The notes: a model not told the origin generated them from the letters alone. A stretch of 64,000 bases of DNA from a bacterium (GCA_963674965.2 CAXXFL010000006.1:480001-544000), one strand, 5' to 3'. Positions 28,390 to 38,724 are shown, counted from the stretch's first letter. Numbers and translations are program-made.

Positions 28390-31300
28390 TTACAAGACCG
28401 CGCCGACGCTCTCGTCCCTTAATTTCGCGTCGATCACGGCCATGGTTTGTTTTTCGTTCCAGCCTAGGACCTCGGCCGCGTTGTTCGGGCAGCTTACCGC
28501 GCACATGCCGCATGCCTGACAAGCTTCCGGGTCCACCATGATTTGGTTTTTAACCTCGTCGAAGGAGCGGGCGTTGTAGGGACAGACCTCCACGCATCGC
28601 CGGCAGCGGGAACAGAGCGAGTCATGCACCACCGAAACCACCCGGGGCGTGTGAATCTCGCCGCGGGAAAGATACTCGTAGGCCTTTTGCGCCGCGGCCT
28701 CGGCCTGCATTATGGCCTCGTTGACCGTCCGCGGCGAGTGGGCCAGGCCGGCCATGAAGACGCCCAGCCTGTTGGATTCAACCGGCCTCCATTTCGAGTC
28801 GGCCTCGACGAAAAAGCCGTCGGCGTTCAACTCGACGTCAAAGACGCGGGCGAGGGAGGCGTTGGATTCGCTGGGCTCGATCCCGGTGGCCAGGATTACC
28901 CGGTCGGCCGCTATTTCCATGGGCAGGCGCAACACGTGGTCGGTAAATCTCACCACCGGTTTATCGGCCCCGAGCTCGACTTCAGGCTTGGAGTCAAGCT
29001 CGTAATTCACGAAGATAATCCCCTCGCCGCGCGCCTTGGTGTAATATTGCTCGAAGTAACCGTAGGTCATCATGTCCCGGTTCAGAATGAACACTCGCGT
29101 CTCGGGGTTTTTTTCACGGATTTTAAAGGCGTTCTTGAGAGCGCCGGCGCAACACACGCGGCTGCAATATTCCCTTTGTCCCCTCTCGCGGGAGCCGACG
29201 CACTGGATCATGACCACGTTTTCCAAACCCCCGGCGTCGATCTCCCCGGAGGAGAACTTTTTTTCAAACTCCGACTGGGTCAGGACACGGTCGGATTTTC
29301 CATGAGAATATTCATCGGTTTTGCCCTCGCGTCCCCCCGTGGCCAGGATAACGGCCCCGTGCTCGATTTCCTTGGTTTCCCCTCCTCCGACGTTCCTGAT
29401 CGTCGAGACGAAACATCCCAGCGCCCCGTCGCTTCTGGCGACCTCGTGGTTGAAATGTACCTCGATGCCGTCGCTGTCCTGGACCTCATTGATCAAACTT
29501 TCCACCATGCCGGAGGTGTTCAGGTTGTCAACCGTGTATTGAAGCTCCGTTCCCGCGTGCCCTCCCAGCCGTCTGGACTTCTCGATGAGGTGAACAAAAA
29601 CGCCTCGCTCCGCCAGGGAAAGGGCCGCCTTCATGCCGGCCACTCCTCCTCCCACCACCAGGGCCGACTGGTTGATGGGAACGATATTTCGATGAAGGGC
29701 CCTGGCAAGCCTGAGCTTTTCCTTGTTGACCTGAATCTCCTCGACGATTTTTCCGATCCAGCCCTTGTCATCCGGATCGGACAAGCCGTTTCTCGCTATA
29801 TCCAGCAGGTTGAAGACCTCGACCAGGGAATAATTGAAGCCCGCGTCGAGCGCGATATGCTTTAGTTTCCGCTTGTACACGTAGGGCAGGCAGGCGCCGA
29901 AGAGCAGCCGGTTGCACTTGGTTTTGCGGAGTATTTCCTCGAGTTCCTCCCTTTGCTCCTCCCGGCACAGGGAATCCAGGATATGGACCTCGTCCACCCC
30001 GTGCAGGCCCTTTAGCTTGGCCCCCAGAGGCTCGAGGTCGAGACCCTCGGGTATCTTCTCGTCCTTGCAGCGGCAAAGGATGGCGGCGACGCGAGGTTGT
30101 TCGCGATCCACGTCCTTTTCCTCCACTTCCTTTTCCATTATTCTGGGCGCGTTGATACGCCTCAAAAGCTTGGAAGCTTCCCCGGAGGCCGCGATGCCGC
30201 TGGTGATGGCCTCGCTGATATCGGTCAGTCCCATCAGGGAACCGCAGATATATACGCCTTCCTTGACCAATTTCACCTTGCTGAAGTCCTCGTTTTTAAG
30301 AAGACTCGAATCCGTAACCTCCGTGTCCAGCAACTCGGAGATTTTTTTATGGTCCTCGAAGGGAGCCTGTCCGGTCGAGAGCACCACCATGTCGAACTCG
30401 TCCCTCTTGAACTCCCCGGCGCGATTGTCGTAATACCTGATAGTAAGGGTCCCGTCCGGGTCCTTGAGTACTTCCTGCGCCCTGCACCTGACCAGCTTGA
30501 CGCCGTATTCCTTTTCGGCCATTTCGCGATAGCGGTAAAAATCCTTTCCAAAGGTTCGCATGTCCATGTAGAAGATGGTGGTTTCCATTCCGGGTCCGCC
30601 TTCCTCGTGGGCCAGCACGGCCTCCTTGAGCGCGAACATGCAGCAGATGGAGGAACAGTAATCCCTCCCGTGGCGGCGGTTCCTGGACCCCACGCACTGT
30701 ATCCATGCTATGCGCTTGGCCGGCCTTCCGTCCGAGGGGCGGTGAATTTCCCCGTCGTAAGTCCCGGACCCGCTCAATATGCGCTCGAAGGCCAGGGAGG
30801 TCACGACGTCCTCCGACACGGTGTAAGGCTTGGCGTCGTCCTGGGTACCGGGGTCGTAAAGAGAGACGCCGGAGGCCATAATGATCGCGTCGACTTCAAC
30901 CAGTTCTATCTCGTCCCGGGCCTCGAGGTCGATGGCGTCGGTAGGACAGACCTTGAGACACTCGCCGCACTTGTCGCAGGCGTCGACGTCCACGACCAGC
31001 ATCTGGGGCACGTTGTGGGGCACGGGCTGGTAAATGGCCTTCCTGTCGGTGAGCCCGTGGTTGAACTCGTCCGGCGCCGTCACGGGGCAGGCCTCGACGC
31101 ACTCGCCGAACCCGTTGCAGATGTCGGGATTCACGTGGCGGGCGCGTTTCAGGAGTTCCACTTGGTATTCACCGGCGCTTCCTTTTATTGACTTCACCTC
31201 GGTAAAGGGCATTATTTCGATGTTGTCGTGGTAAAGGCTTTTTCTCATGCAGTGCTGGGAGGCATATTCTCTTCCCACCATGGGCAGCATCCTGCACATG

Positions 31301-31476
31301 CCGCAATGGTTGGTGGGAAACTGGTGGTCGAGTTTGGCGAGTATTCCCCCGATGTGGGGAGAGGACTCGGCTAAAATCACCTTATAACCCGTTTCAGCGA
31401 GCTCGAGCGCGGCCTTGATCCCGGCGATTCCAGCCCCCACCACGAGCACCGTGCCGACTCTTTCCTGGTCTGCCAT
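28390..31476 (-). CDS. hdrA: Double-module HdrA-like flavo-FeS protein (BamE-like)
   Basis: Two GxGxAG FAD motifs, two QCVGSR..YCS..CC motifs, internal and C-terminal ferredoxin domains. Confidence 0.9.
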   Translation of the reverse strand: MADQERVGTVLVVGAGIAGIKAALELAETGYKVILAESSPHIGGILAKLDHQFPTNHCGMCRMLPMVGREYASQHCMRKSLYHDNIEIMPFTEVKSIKGSAGEYQVELLKRARHVNPDICNGFGECVEACPVTAPDEFNHGLTDRKAIYQPVPHNVPQMLVVDVDACDKCGECLKVCPTDAIDLEARDEIELVEVDAIIMASGVSLYDPGTQDDAKPYTVSEDVVTSLAFERILSGSGTYDGEIHRPSDGRPAKRIAWIQCVGSRNRRHGRDYCSSICCMFALKEAVLAHEEGGPGMETTIFYMDMRTFGKDFYRYREMAEKEYGVKLVRCRAQEVLKDPDGTLTIRYYDNRAGEFKRDEFDMVVLSTGQAPFEDHKKISELLDTEVTDSSLLKNEDFSKVKLVKEGVYICGSLMGLTDISEAITSGIAASGEASKLLRRINAPRIMEKEVEEKDVDREQPRVAAILCRCKDEKIPEGLDLEPLGAKLKGLHGVDEVHILDSLCREEQREELEEILRKTKCNRLLFGACLPYVYKRKLKHIALDAGFNYSLVEVFNLLDIARNGLSDPDDKGWIGKIVEEIQVNKEKLRLARALHRNIVPINQSALVVGGGVAGMKAALSLAERGVFVHLIEKSRRLGGHAGTELQYTVDNLNTSGMVESLINEVQDSDGIEVHFNHEVARSDGALGCFVSTIRNVGGGETKEIEHGAVILATGGREGKTDEYSHGKSDRVLTQSEFEKKFSSGEIDAGGLENVVMIQCVGSRERGQREYCSRVCCAGALKNAFKIREKNPETRVFILNRDMMTYGYFEQYYTKARGEGIIFVNYELDSKPEVELGADKPVVRFTDHVLRLPMEIAADRVILATGIEPSESNASLARVFDVELNADGFFVEADSKWRPVESNRLGVFMAGLAHSPRTVNEAIMQAEAAAQKAYEYLSRGEIHTPRVVSVVHDSLCSRCRRCVEVCPYNARSFDEVKNQIMVDPEACQACGMCAVSCPNNAAEVLGWNEKQTMAVIDAKLRDESVGAVL

Positions 31477-31486
31477 TTCTCGTCTC

Positions 31487-32620
31487 CTAGCCGGCCTGTC
31501 CGGTCACTTCGGCAAACTCGTCCTCGAAGAACACCGAAAGCGGCTGAGGTTCTTCCAGGTCTCTTCCCGGCTCGTACTCGAACCTGGCCTGGGTCCTCAT
31601 GGCCATGGACCGGAACAAGGGAGCCAGCTCGATGCCGTTGGGGCACGCGCTCGAGCACTGGCCGCAGCCGACGCACAAGGCGCTCATGTGCAGCATGCGC
31701 GTCATATGAAACATGAGGGTGTCGCTGGGAATCTTGAAAAAACCGTGCTTGTCGGCCCAGTTCATGTATTTGTCCCCGGGGTGCCGGAAGGTATCGGTCA
31801 CGAACACGCATTCCTTGCAATAGCAAACCGGGCAGGCCACCCGGCAGTTGTAGCAGTTAACGCATCCGGCCAGATGCTCCTCCAGCTTTCCCACCTCGTC
31901 GATCTTCTCATCGAACTCGGCGAGGACCGCGTCTCTTGTCTCGACTCGCCTGCTAACGATCTCCTCGACGGCTTTTTGCCTTTTGGCCGGTTCCTCTTCC
32001 GTTTTCATGCCCAGCTTTTCGCGGACTTCCCGGCCTTTTTCGCTGATCCACTCGAGGTAGACCTCCTCGGGTCCCGACCCGATGACGCAAAGGTTTATAT
32101 CCGCGTTTTGGGGCACGGGAAACTCGCACATCCCGCAGGCGGGAGCCAACGCCGGCTCCCCCTCTGACGCCTCTTTGTTCGCCAGGGCCGACTCCAGGAA
32201 TTGAGTCGTGGTCGCGCCATTCCTCGCCAGTTTCAGGAAATCCTTGTTTTCGAACCTTCCCAGGCAGTCCATTCCGATCAGAATGAGGCCGTCAAGGTTG
32301 GCCTGGTGCAGTTTCACCAGCTCGATAAGGGCCCGTAACTCGCACGATCTCATGACCACGGCCAGTGGCCTTCCCGACGGCGTGCTTGTCAAACTCGAAA
32401 CCAGCTTGGCCGAGGAAAGAGGCGCCACCGGCGCGAAGGGGTCCGCGGCGTCGCATCCGACCGGTTCCGATATCAGGGTCGGCATGACGCCTTTCTCGGG
32501 CTGGCGGGCCGGGACCAGTATCGCGTCGACCACTTTTTTCTCCAGCAAACTCTTAAAGAATCTGCCGACTTTTTTATTCAGGTTTCCTTTTCCCTCGGAG
32601 AGCCTGCTGAATTCTCCCAT
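31487..32620 (-). CDS. FrhB/FdhB-like 4Fe-4S protein
   Basis: RSCELRA, GMDCLG, ACGMC, CVNCYNCRVACPVCYCKEC, CVGCGQCSSACP. Confidence 0.85.
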   Translation of the reverse strand: MGEFSRLSEGKGNLNKKVGRFFKSLLEKKVVDAILVPARQPEKGVMPTLISEPVGCDAADPFAPVAPLSSAKLVSSLTSTPSGRPLAVVMRSCELRALIELVKLHQANLDGLILIGMDCLGRFENKDFLKLARNGATTTQFLESALANKEASEGEPALAPACGMCEFPVPQNADINLCVIGSGPEEVYLEWISEKGREVREKLGMKTEEEPAKRQKAVEEIVSRRVETRDAVLAEFDEKIDEVGKLEEHLAGCVNCYNCRVACPVCYCKECVFVTDTFRHPGDKYMNWADKHGFFKIPSDTLMFHMTRMLHMSALCVGCGQCSSACPNGIELAPLFRSMAMRTQARFEYEPGRDLEEPQPLSVFFEDEFAEVTGQAG

Positions 32621-32689
32621 CTTTCGCCTCCAGAAAAAACGTCCGGTAATAGCCGTTATTTAAACGCTTCGCGGTTATAAGCAATTAAA

Positions 32690-33205
32690 CTACGTGCGCT
32701 GCGCCTGCAGCTCGGCGGACTCGAGGTCCTCGAGTTTCACGTCGTCGCCTCCTCCATCCAGCACCGTTAAAAGGGCCCTTCTGCGCGCCCAGTCCTTCTT
32801 GATGGGGCTGGGACCGAGCTTCTTTAAGTTCTCGGTCATCTCGTCGGCGTACTTTTGAAACATGACGCCGTCGCTGGCGGCCACCCATCTGAGCCAGAAT
32901 CGCTCCTCCTCGATGCCGAACTTTTCCAGGAGCTCCTGGACCATGGCCATGCGCCTTCTGGCCTTCAGGTTGCCGTTGATGTAATGGCAGTCGCCGGGCC
33001 AGCATCCGCCGATAAACACTCCGTCCGCGCCCTCGATAAAGGCCTTGAGCACGTACATGGGGTCAACCATTCCCGAGCACATGACGCGAATGATCTTCAC
33101 GTTTTGCGGGTAGCTCAGCCTCGAGCTTCCCGCCAGGTCGGCGGCCGTGTAGGTGCACCAATTGCATAAAAAGGCCACTATTTTCGGTTCGAATTCTTCT
33201 GACAT
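32690..33205 (-). CDS. mvhD: MvhD-like [2Fe-2S] subunit
   Basis: FEPKIVAFLCNWCTY, RVMCSG, GCWPGDCHY. Confidence 0.93.
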   Translation of the reverse strand: MSEEFEPKIVAFLCNWCTYTAADLAGSSRLSYPQNVKIIRVMCSGMVDPMYVLKAFIEGADGVFIGGCWPGDCHYINGNLKARRRMAMVQELLEKFGIEEERFWLRWVAASDGVMFQKYADEMTENLKKLGPSPIKKDWARRRALLTVLDGGGDDVKLEDLESAELQAQRT

Positions 33206-33217
33206 ACCTTTTCCTCC

Positions 33218-36200
33218 CTAGCTAGCTAAAAGTCCTTCAATCTCGCTGAAAACTTGTTTCTGAGTGAAGTGTCTAATATCAGCCGCCCCGCTGGGGCAAT
33301 GAGCGGCGCAGCTTCCACATCCCCTGCATACGGCCTCGTTGATAACGCTTATCTTCCTCAACTCGTCGAACTCTATGGCCCCGTAGGGGCAAAGGCCTAT
33401 ACAGGCCTGGCATCCTATGCAGACGTCCTCGTCTATATGGCTTATCATGGGCTCGACCACCACCTTGCCCAGGGTGGAAAGGGCCTGCGCCTCGCTGGCG
33501 GCCGCCTTGGCCTGGGCCACCGAGTCGGGGATATCCTTGGGCCCCTGGCACGCGCCCGCCAGGAACACCCCGGAGGTGGGGGTCGAGACCGGACCCAGCT
33601 TGGGGTGTTCCTCCATGAAGAAGCCGTCCTTGCTCAGGGAGAGACCGAAAGTCCGGGCCACGTCCTGAGCGTCATCCCTGGCCTCCATGGCCGTGCAGAG
33701 AACGACCATCTCGACCGGGACCCTGACGGTCTTGCCGATAAGAGTGTCCTCCGCCTTGACGATCAGCATGCCCTCTTCCTCGGGACTTTCGGCCTTGTCC
33801 GTAACCTCCGTGGCCTTGCCCCGGATAAAGCGGACCCCCTCGTCCTGCACCCGCTGGTAGAACTCCTCATAGCCCTTGCCAAAGCAGCGCATGTCTATAT
33901 AGAAGTTGAATACCTGGGTTTCATGGCCGCACTTGTCCTTGACCAGGTGCGCCATCTTCAAGGCGTACATGCAGCAGGTGCGCGAGCAGTATTCGTGGTA
34001 GTTCTTGTCCCGGCTGCCTATGCAGTGGAGAAAAGCCACGCTCTGGGGCGGATCGGAGTACTTGAATTTTTCCACCGGGTCTTTTTTCAGTATCTTGCCG
34101 GAGGTCGGTCCCGTCGCGTTCGAGAGCCTTTCGAACTCGAGATTAGTTATCACGTTGGCGTACCTGGAGTAGCCGTAGTTTTCCATGGGCGTCGGGTCCA
34201 TGACGTCGAATCCGGTGGCCACGATAATCGAGCCCACGTCGAGCTCGACCACCTGGTCTTTCTGGTCGTGCTCGATGGCCCTCGCCTCGCAGGACGGAAC
34301 GCAGAGCTTGCACTCGCAGCAGACGCCGCACGAGACGCACCTTCCCGCCTCGGCCCTCGCCTGTTCCTCGGTAAAGGCCAGCTCGACCTCGTCAAAGCTT
34401 TTGATGCTTTCCGCCGGGTCGAGCTGGGGCGGGGCCATCCTGGCGGTTTTTGCCAGGTCCTTGGGTATTTCGCCCCAATTTCGGCCGGTGGGCCTTTGCG
34501 GCCTGTCCTCGGCCAGGTCGTCTCCCCGCAGGTAGCGGCCGATGGATATGGCCGCCTCCCTGCCCGCGGCCACGGCCTCGACCACCAGCGACGGCCCGGT
34601 GAAAACGTCTCCACCGGCGAACACTCCCGGCATGGTGGTCTGCATGGTCGTCGGGTCCACCCGCATCAACCCCCTTGACGTCGTTTCGATCCCCTCCATT
34701 CCCTTGACGCAGGCCAGGTCCGGCTTCTGTCCTATGGCCGGGATCAGGGTGTCCGCGTCCATCATTTCGAGGGCGCCTTCTATGGGGACCGGGCGGCGGC
34801 GTCCAGAGTCGTCGGGCTCTCCCAGTTCCATTTTCTGAATCTCGATCCGCTTGAGCGCGCCTTTTTTATCCGCCACCGCCTTGTTGGGGGCGGCAAGGAA
34901 ATGGAACTCCACGCCTTCGCGCTCCGCCGCCTCGATTTCCTCGAGGTTGGCCGGCATCTCGGCGCGGGTCCGCCTGTAAAGGACGGTAACCTTGTCCGCG
35001 CCCAGGCGAAGCGAAACGCGGGCCGCGTCGATGGCGGAGTTTCCGCCGCCCACCACCACCACGCGCTTGCCGACCTTGGCCTTGCCCTCAAGGTTGCACT
35101 CGCGCAGGAACGTGATCGCGTTAACGACGCCCTTCGCGTCTTCCCCCTCGATGCCGAGGCTCATGTCCTTGTGCGCGCCGGTCGCTATGAAGACCGCCTT
35201 GTAGCCTTCCTTTAACAGCGAGTTGATATCTCTTCCCTCGCCGATGGGGGTCTCGGTCTTGATTTCCACGCCCATTCGTTTCACGTACTCGAGCTCTTTC
35301 TCGATCTCCTCCGGCGGCAACCTGTAATCGGGAATCCCGGTTCGAAGCATGCCGCCCACCGCGGGCAGGGCCTCGAAAATGGTCGGGTGATAGCCCTCGC
35401 GGGCGAGAAAATATGCGCATGATATGCCGCCGGGCCCGGACCCTATCACGGCGACCTTCTCCTCGGGGGGCTTTTCGTCTATCTCCGGGAGCGGAAAGGT
35501 TTTCCAGTCGACCTGGTCGGCGGCGAACCTTTTCAGGGCCCTTATGGCGAGGGGGGCGTCCACTTCCGCCCTTCTACAAGCGCCCTCGCACGGCGCCGGG
35601 CACACGCGCCCGAGCACCCCCGGGATGGGAAGGTTCTCGAGCATTATCTTGACGGCCTGGTCGTAATTCCCCTCCTTGATCATGGTCACGTAGCCCTGCA
35701 CGTTGGTACCCGCCGGGCAGGTCTGCACGCAGGGTCCGCGGTCGCGCTTGTCGATGGCGAAATTGATGGGCACGGCCTGGGGAAAAGGCCTGTATATCGC
35801 TTTTCTGAGCTGGGTCCCCACGTCCCATTCGTTGGGCAGCGAAACGGGGCATTGCTTGGCGCACTCGCCGCACCCCGTGCACTTGTTCGCGTCCACGTAT
35901 TGCGCCTTCCTTTTGACCTTGACCGTGAAGTTCCCCACGAAGCCGCTAACCTCCTCGACCTCGCTGTGGGACATGATCTCGATGTTGGGATGCTGTCCCG
36001 CCGAGACGAGCTTGGGCGTACCGATACAGGCCGCGCAGTCCATGGTGGGAAAGGTCTTGTCATACTGAAGCATGTGACCGCCGATGGTCCCCTGCCTCTC
36101 GATGAGATAGACCTTGTAGCCGGCGGCGGCGACGTCCAGCGACGCCTGGATTCCCGCTATGCCTCCGCCCACCACCATGGTGTTGGGATTGACCGGAAAG

Positions 36201-36631
36201 GTCTCGGGAAAAAGGTCGGTCTGGTAGCGAACCCTGTTAATCCCGGCCCTGCTCAGCGCCTTGGCCTTCTCGGTCGCCTCGTCCTCGTCCAGGGTAACCC
36301 AGGAAACGTGTTCCCTGACGCACACGTGATGGAAGGAACGGAATGGGTTCAGTCCGGCCCTCTGGCACGCGGCCCTGAAGGTGTTCTCATGCATGCGGGG
36401 GGAGCACGACGCGACCACCACCCGGGTAAGCCCGTGTTCCTTGACGTCCTTTTCGATCAATTCCTGGCCGGGGTCGGAGCACATGAACAGGTAATCGCGG
36501 GAAACGACGACCCCGGGCAGTGAGCCTATATACTCCGCCACTTCCCCGCACCTGACCTTGAAGGCGATATTGATCCCGCAATGACAGATATAAAAACCGA
36601 TCCTCTCCTGGCTAAGTGAAATTACGCTCAT
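33218..36631 (-). CDS. HdrL-type protein: HdrA with inserted GltD/NfnB-like NAD(P)H oxidoreductase module
   Basis: CHCG, CSP, DKTFPTMDC; insert PCVQTCP, GRVCPAPCE, GSGPGG, GGGNSA..YRRT; then HCIGSR..CSRTCC, HPKL, GPKDI and ferredoxin. Confidence 0.9.
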   Translation of the reverse strand: MSVISLSQERIGFYICHCGINIAFKVRCGEVAEYIGSLPGVVVSRDYLFMCSDPGQELIEKDVKEHGLTRVVVASCSPRMHENTFRAACQRAGLNPFRSFHHVCVREHVSWVTLDEDEATEKAKALSRAGINRVRYQTDLFPETFPVNPNTMVVGGGIAGIQASLDVAAAGYKVYLIERQGTIGGHMLQYDKTFPTMDCAACIGTPKLVSAGQHPNIEIMSHSEVEEVSGFVGNFTVKVKRKAQYVDANKCTGCGECAKQCPVSLPNEWDVGTQLRKAIYRPFPQAVPINFAIDKRDRGPCVQTCPAGTNVQGYVTMIKEGNYDQAVKIMLENLPIPGVLGRVCPAPCEGACRRAEVDAPLAIRALKRFAADQVDWKTFPLPEIDEKPPEEKVAVIGSGPGGISCAYFLAREGYHPTIFEALPAVGGMLRTGIPDYRLPPEEIEKELEYVKRMGVEIKTETPIGEGRDINSLLKEGYKAVFIATGAHKDMSLGIEGEDAKGVVNAITFLRECNLEGKAKVGKRVVVVGGGNSAIDAARVSLRLGADKVTVLYRRTRAEMPANLEEIEAAEREGVEFHFLAAPNKAVADKKGALKRIEIQKMELGEPDDSGRRRPVPIEGALEMMDADTLIPAIGQKPDLACVKGMEGIETTSRGLMRVDPTTMQTTMPGVFAGGDVFTGPSLVVEAVAAGREAAISIGRYLRGDDLAEDRPQRPTGRNWGEIPKDLAKTARMAPPQLDPAESIKSFDEVELAFTEEQARAEAGRCVSCGVCCECKLCVPSCEARAIEHDQKDQVVELDVGSIIVATGFDVMDPTPMENYGYSRYANVITNLEFERLSNATGPTSGKILKKDPVEKFKYSDPPQSVAFLHCIGSRDKNYHEYCSRTCCMYALKMAHLVKDKCGHETQVFNFYIDMRCFGKGYEEFYQRVQDEGVRFIRGKATEVTDKAESPEEEGMLIVKAEDTLIGKTVRVPVEMVVLCTAMEARDDAQDVARTFGLSLSKDGFFMEEHPKLGPVSTPTSGVFLAGACQGPKDIPDSVAQAKAAASEAQALSTLGKVVVEPMISHIDEDVCIGCQACIGLCPYGAIEFDELRKISVINEAVCRGCGSCAAHCPSGAADIRHFTQKQVFSEIEGLLAS

Positions 36632-36645
36632 AAAGATTCCCCTCG

Positions 36646-37785
36646 TTAAACGGACTGATACAGCAATTCAGCCACGTCCAGAATTTTCATCTCATCTTCG
36701 CCTAGACCCAACGACTTGAGGGCGTCCTCAAACATGATCATGCAGAAGGGACAGGCGGTGGCGATGACCTCCGCGCCCACTTCCTGGGCTTCTCGAACGC
36801 GAAGCACGCTGAAGCGCTTTTCCTTTTCGATCTCGGCCCAGATTCCTCCCCCCCCGCCGCCGCAGCAGAGGCTGAAACGCCGATTGCGCGGAAACTCCAC
36901 CGGCTCGAGTCCGGGGATGCTTTGCAAAACCCGGCGCGGCTCCTCGTAGACGCCGTTGTGACGGCCCAGGTAGCAGGGGTCGTGATATGCTACCTTCAAG
37001 GGAACTTCCTTTTGGGGAACAAGCTTTTCTTTTTGGATCAACTCGTCGAAAACCTGGACGTAATGCAGGGACCGGTAATCCCCGGAGTAATGCTTCTTGA
37101 ACATGTTCATGCAGTGCGGAGAACTGGTGATAATGCTTTTCACGCCTTTTTTCTCGAACAGTTCCGAGTTCGAGTTTTCCAGGGTCGAAAATATTTCAAA
37201 TCCGCCGCACTTATGGACCTGGTCCCCGCAGCAGCTTTCCTCGTTTCCGATTATTCCCATGGACGCGCCGGATTTCAGTAGCAGCTCGGCCATTTCCTTG
37301 ACGACCTTTTTGTTCCTGCCGTCAAAGGCGTGGGTGCAACAGGCGTAAAACAGGTTTTCGGTTTCCCCGGCCTCGAACCGGGGAAGTTCGAGGCCCTGGG
37401 CCCATTGCTCGCGGTCGTCGCGCGAGTTGCCCCAGGGGTTTCCTTCGTTTCTCAGGCTTCCGAAGGGCGTCCTGAACAGGGGCGGAACTATTCCTCCCTC
37501 TATCATCACGCTCCTGGTCGAGCGCATGACGTCCACCATGTCAACCCCTCTCGGGCATCTGTCCACGCACGTTCCGCAAGTCACGCAGTTCCAGAGGCCA
37601 TCCTGCTCGTAGCCTTCTATTCCCATGCTGGCCAGCCGTAAAAGCTGGCGGGGGTTGAAATCATCAACGAGGTTCCAGGGGCACACGCTGGTGCAGGTGC
37701 CGCACTGGATGCATATTTTCATGGTTTCTCCGCCGATATCCATTATCATGTCGGCTATTTCGAGCATTGGAGCGATTGCGGTCAT
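36646..37785 (-). CDS. BamD/HdrD-like protein (2x4Fe-4S plus two CCG domains)
   Basis: CIQCGTCTSVCPW, CVTCGTCVDRCP, GNPW, ESCCG, SSPHC, YHDPCYLGR, CCGGGGG, ACPFC. Confidence 0.88.
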   Translation of the reverse strand: MTAIAPMLEIADMIMDIGGETMKICIQCGTCTSVCPWNLVDDFNPRQLLRLASMGIEGYEQDGLWNCVTCGTCVDRCPRGVDMVDVMRSTRSVMIEGGIVPPLFRTPFGSLRNEGNPWGNSRDDREQWAQGLELPRFEAGETENLFYACCTHAFDGRNKKVVKEMAELLLKSGASMGIIGNEESCCGDQVHKCGGFEIFSTLENSNSELFEKKGVKSIITSSPHCMNMFKKHYSGDYRSLHYVQVFDELIQKEKLVPQKEVPLKVAYHDPCYLGRHNGVYEEPRRVLQSIPGLEPVEFPRNRRFSLCCGGGGGGIWAEIEKEKRFSVLRVREAQEVGAEVIATACPFCMIMFEDALKSLGLGEDEMKILDVAELLYQSV

Positions 37786-37815
37786 CAGATTCTCTCCTTG
37801 TAATGGCGATTAGAT

Positions 37816-38679
37816 TTACATTCCATTCCTGTCGGGGGGGCATATGCTTCCGATGTTCAATACCGAACCGGTCGAGGATATCTCGCCTTTATAAAGAAGC
37901 ATGTGGCGGACGAGCTTGATAAAGGAATCGCGCGTGGTCGGATGCTCCGCGTATTTTCCGTGCCTTAAAATGACCGCTTCGCGGAATGAGTCCTCGTAAA
38001 CCCGGGTCGGCTCCAAAGGACCCACCGAAACAAGGATGGGGATGCCGCACAAATTCCTGTCTCGCTGCAGGGCAAAAAGGGTCTTGTTTCCCTCCTTGTT
38101 GTGCATGCTGATGTTCAGAAATATCAGGTCCGGCCTGTTTTGTTTTATCTGATCCATCGCGCTTTTGTAGTCGTTCGCGATCGCGACGTTATTGAACTTG
38201 GCTTCCTTAAGGATGGTGATCACGCAGAAGGTTATGTCGGGATCGTCGTCCACCACCATGATTTCCTTGTGAAGAAGCATCTTTTCCCTTTCGCGGTCCA
38301 GCATTTCCTCCCAGACCACGTCCGTTTGTTGCTCGGGATCATAGTATCCGGTCACGGCGTTTAACTCCTTTGCCAGGGTTTTTTCCGGCTGAACCCCGGA
38401 AAATCTCTTCAGTTCCGAACCGTTGCGAAAAATTACCACCGTGGGAACGTTGTGGATGTTATACTTGGATTTCGCGGTCGGAACGTTTTCTATATCAACG
38501 CTGCCGAAATGAACGTTCTCCTTGAAAAGTATGGAAACCTTGTCCGCTATACTGTTCTGTATGTTGCAGGCCGCCGACCACGGCACTCCAAAAGTCATAA
38601 GAGTAACGCCCTTGCTGGATATTATTTTTGAAAACGACTCGTAATCCGTAAGAAAATCCATCTTGTCTATTTCAGGCAT
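37816..38679 (-). CDS. Thioredoxin(SxxC) / pseudo-receiver fusion protein
   Basis: PWSAAC and cis-Pro NVPT..F.NG thioredoxin fold; VVDDDP..PDLIFLNISM receiver with Asn at the phospho-Asp position. Confidence 0.8.
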   Translation of the reverse strand: MPEIDKMDFLTDYESFSKIISSKGVTLMTFGVPWSAACNIQNSIADKVSILFKENVHFGSVDIENVPTAKSKYNIHNVPTVVIFRNGSELKRFSGVQPEKTLAKELNAVTGYYDPEQQTDVVWEEMLDREREKMLLHKEIMVVDDDPDITFCVITILKEAKFNNVAIANDYKSAMDQIKQNRPDLIFLNISMHNKEGNKTLFALQRDRNLCGIPILVSVGPLEPTRVYEDSFREAVILRHGKYAEHPTTRDSFIKLVRHMLLYKGEISSTGSVLNIGSICPPDRNGM

Positions 38680-38724
38680 TGCGTCCTCTCCCGCGTTGTA
38701 TTTGCAAAAATCAATTGGGAATAA

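Noticed and set aside
33181-33200. GGTTCGAAT T-loop-like motif (also near 15109)
   Set aside because: Inside coding genes, with no cloverleaf.
26983-37785. Selenocysteine recoding in HdrA/HdrL/MvhD
   Set aside because: All frames are continuous with Cys at the usual Sec positions; no in-frame TGA.
28390-37785. Calling the cluster a class II benzoyl-CoA reductase or Flx-Hdr
   Set aside because: No BamB/BamC, BamGHI or FlxA in the window.
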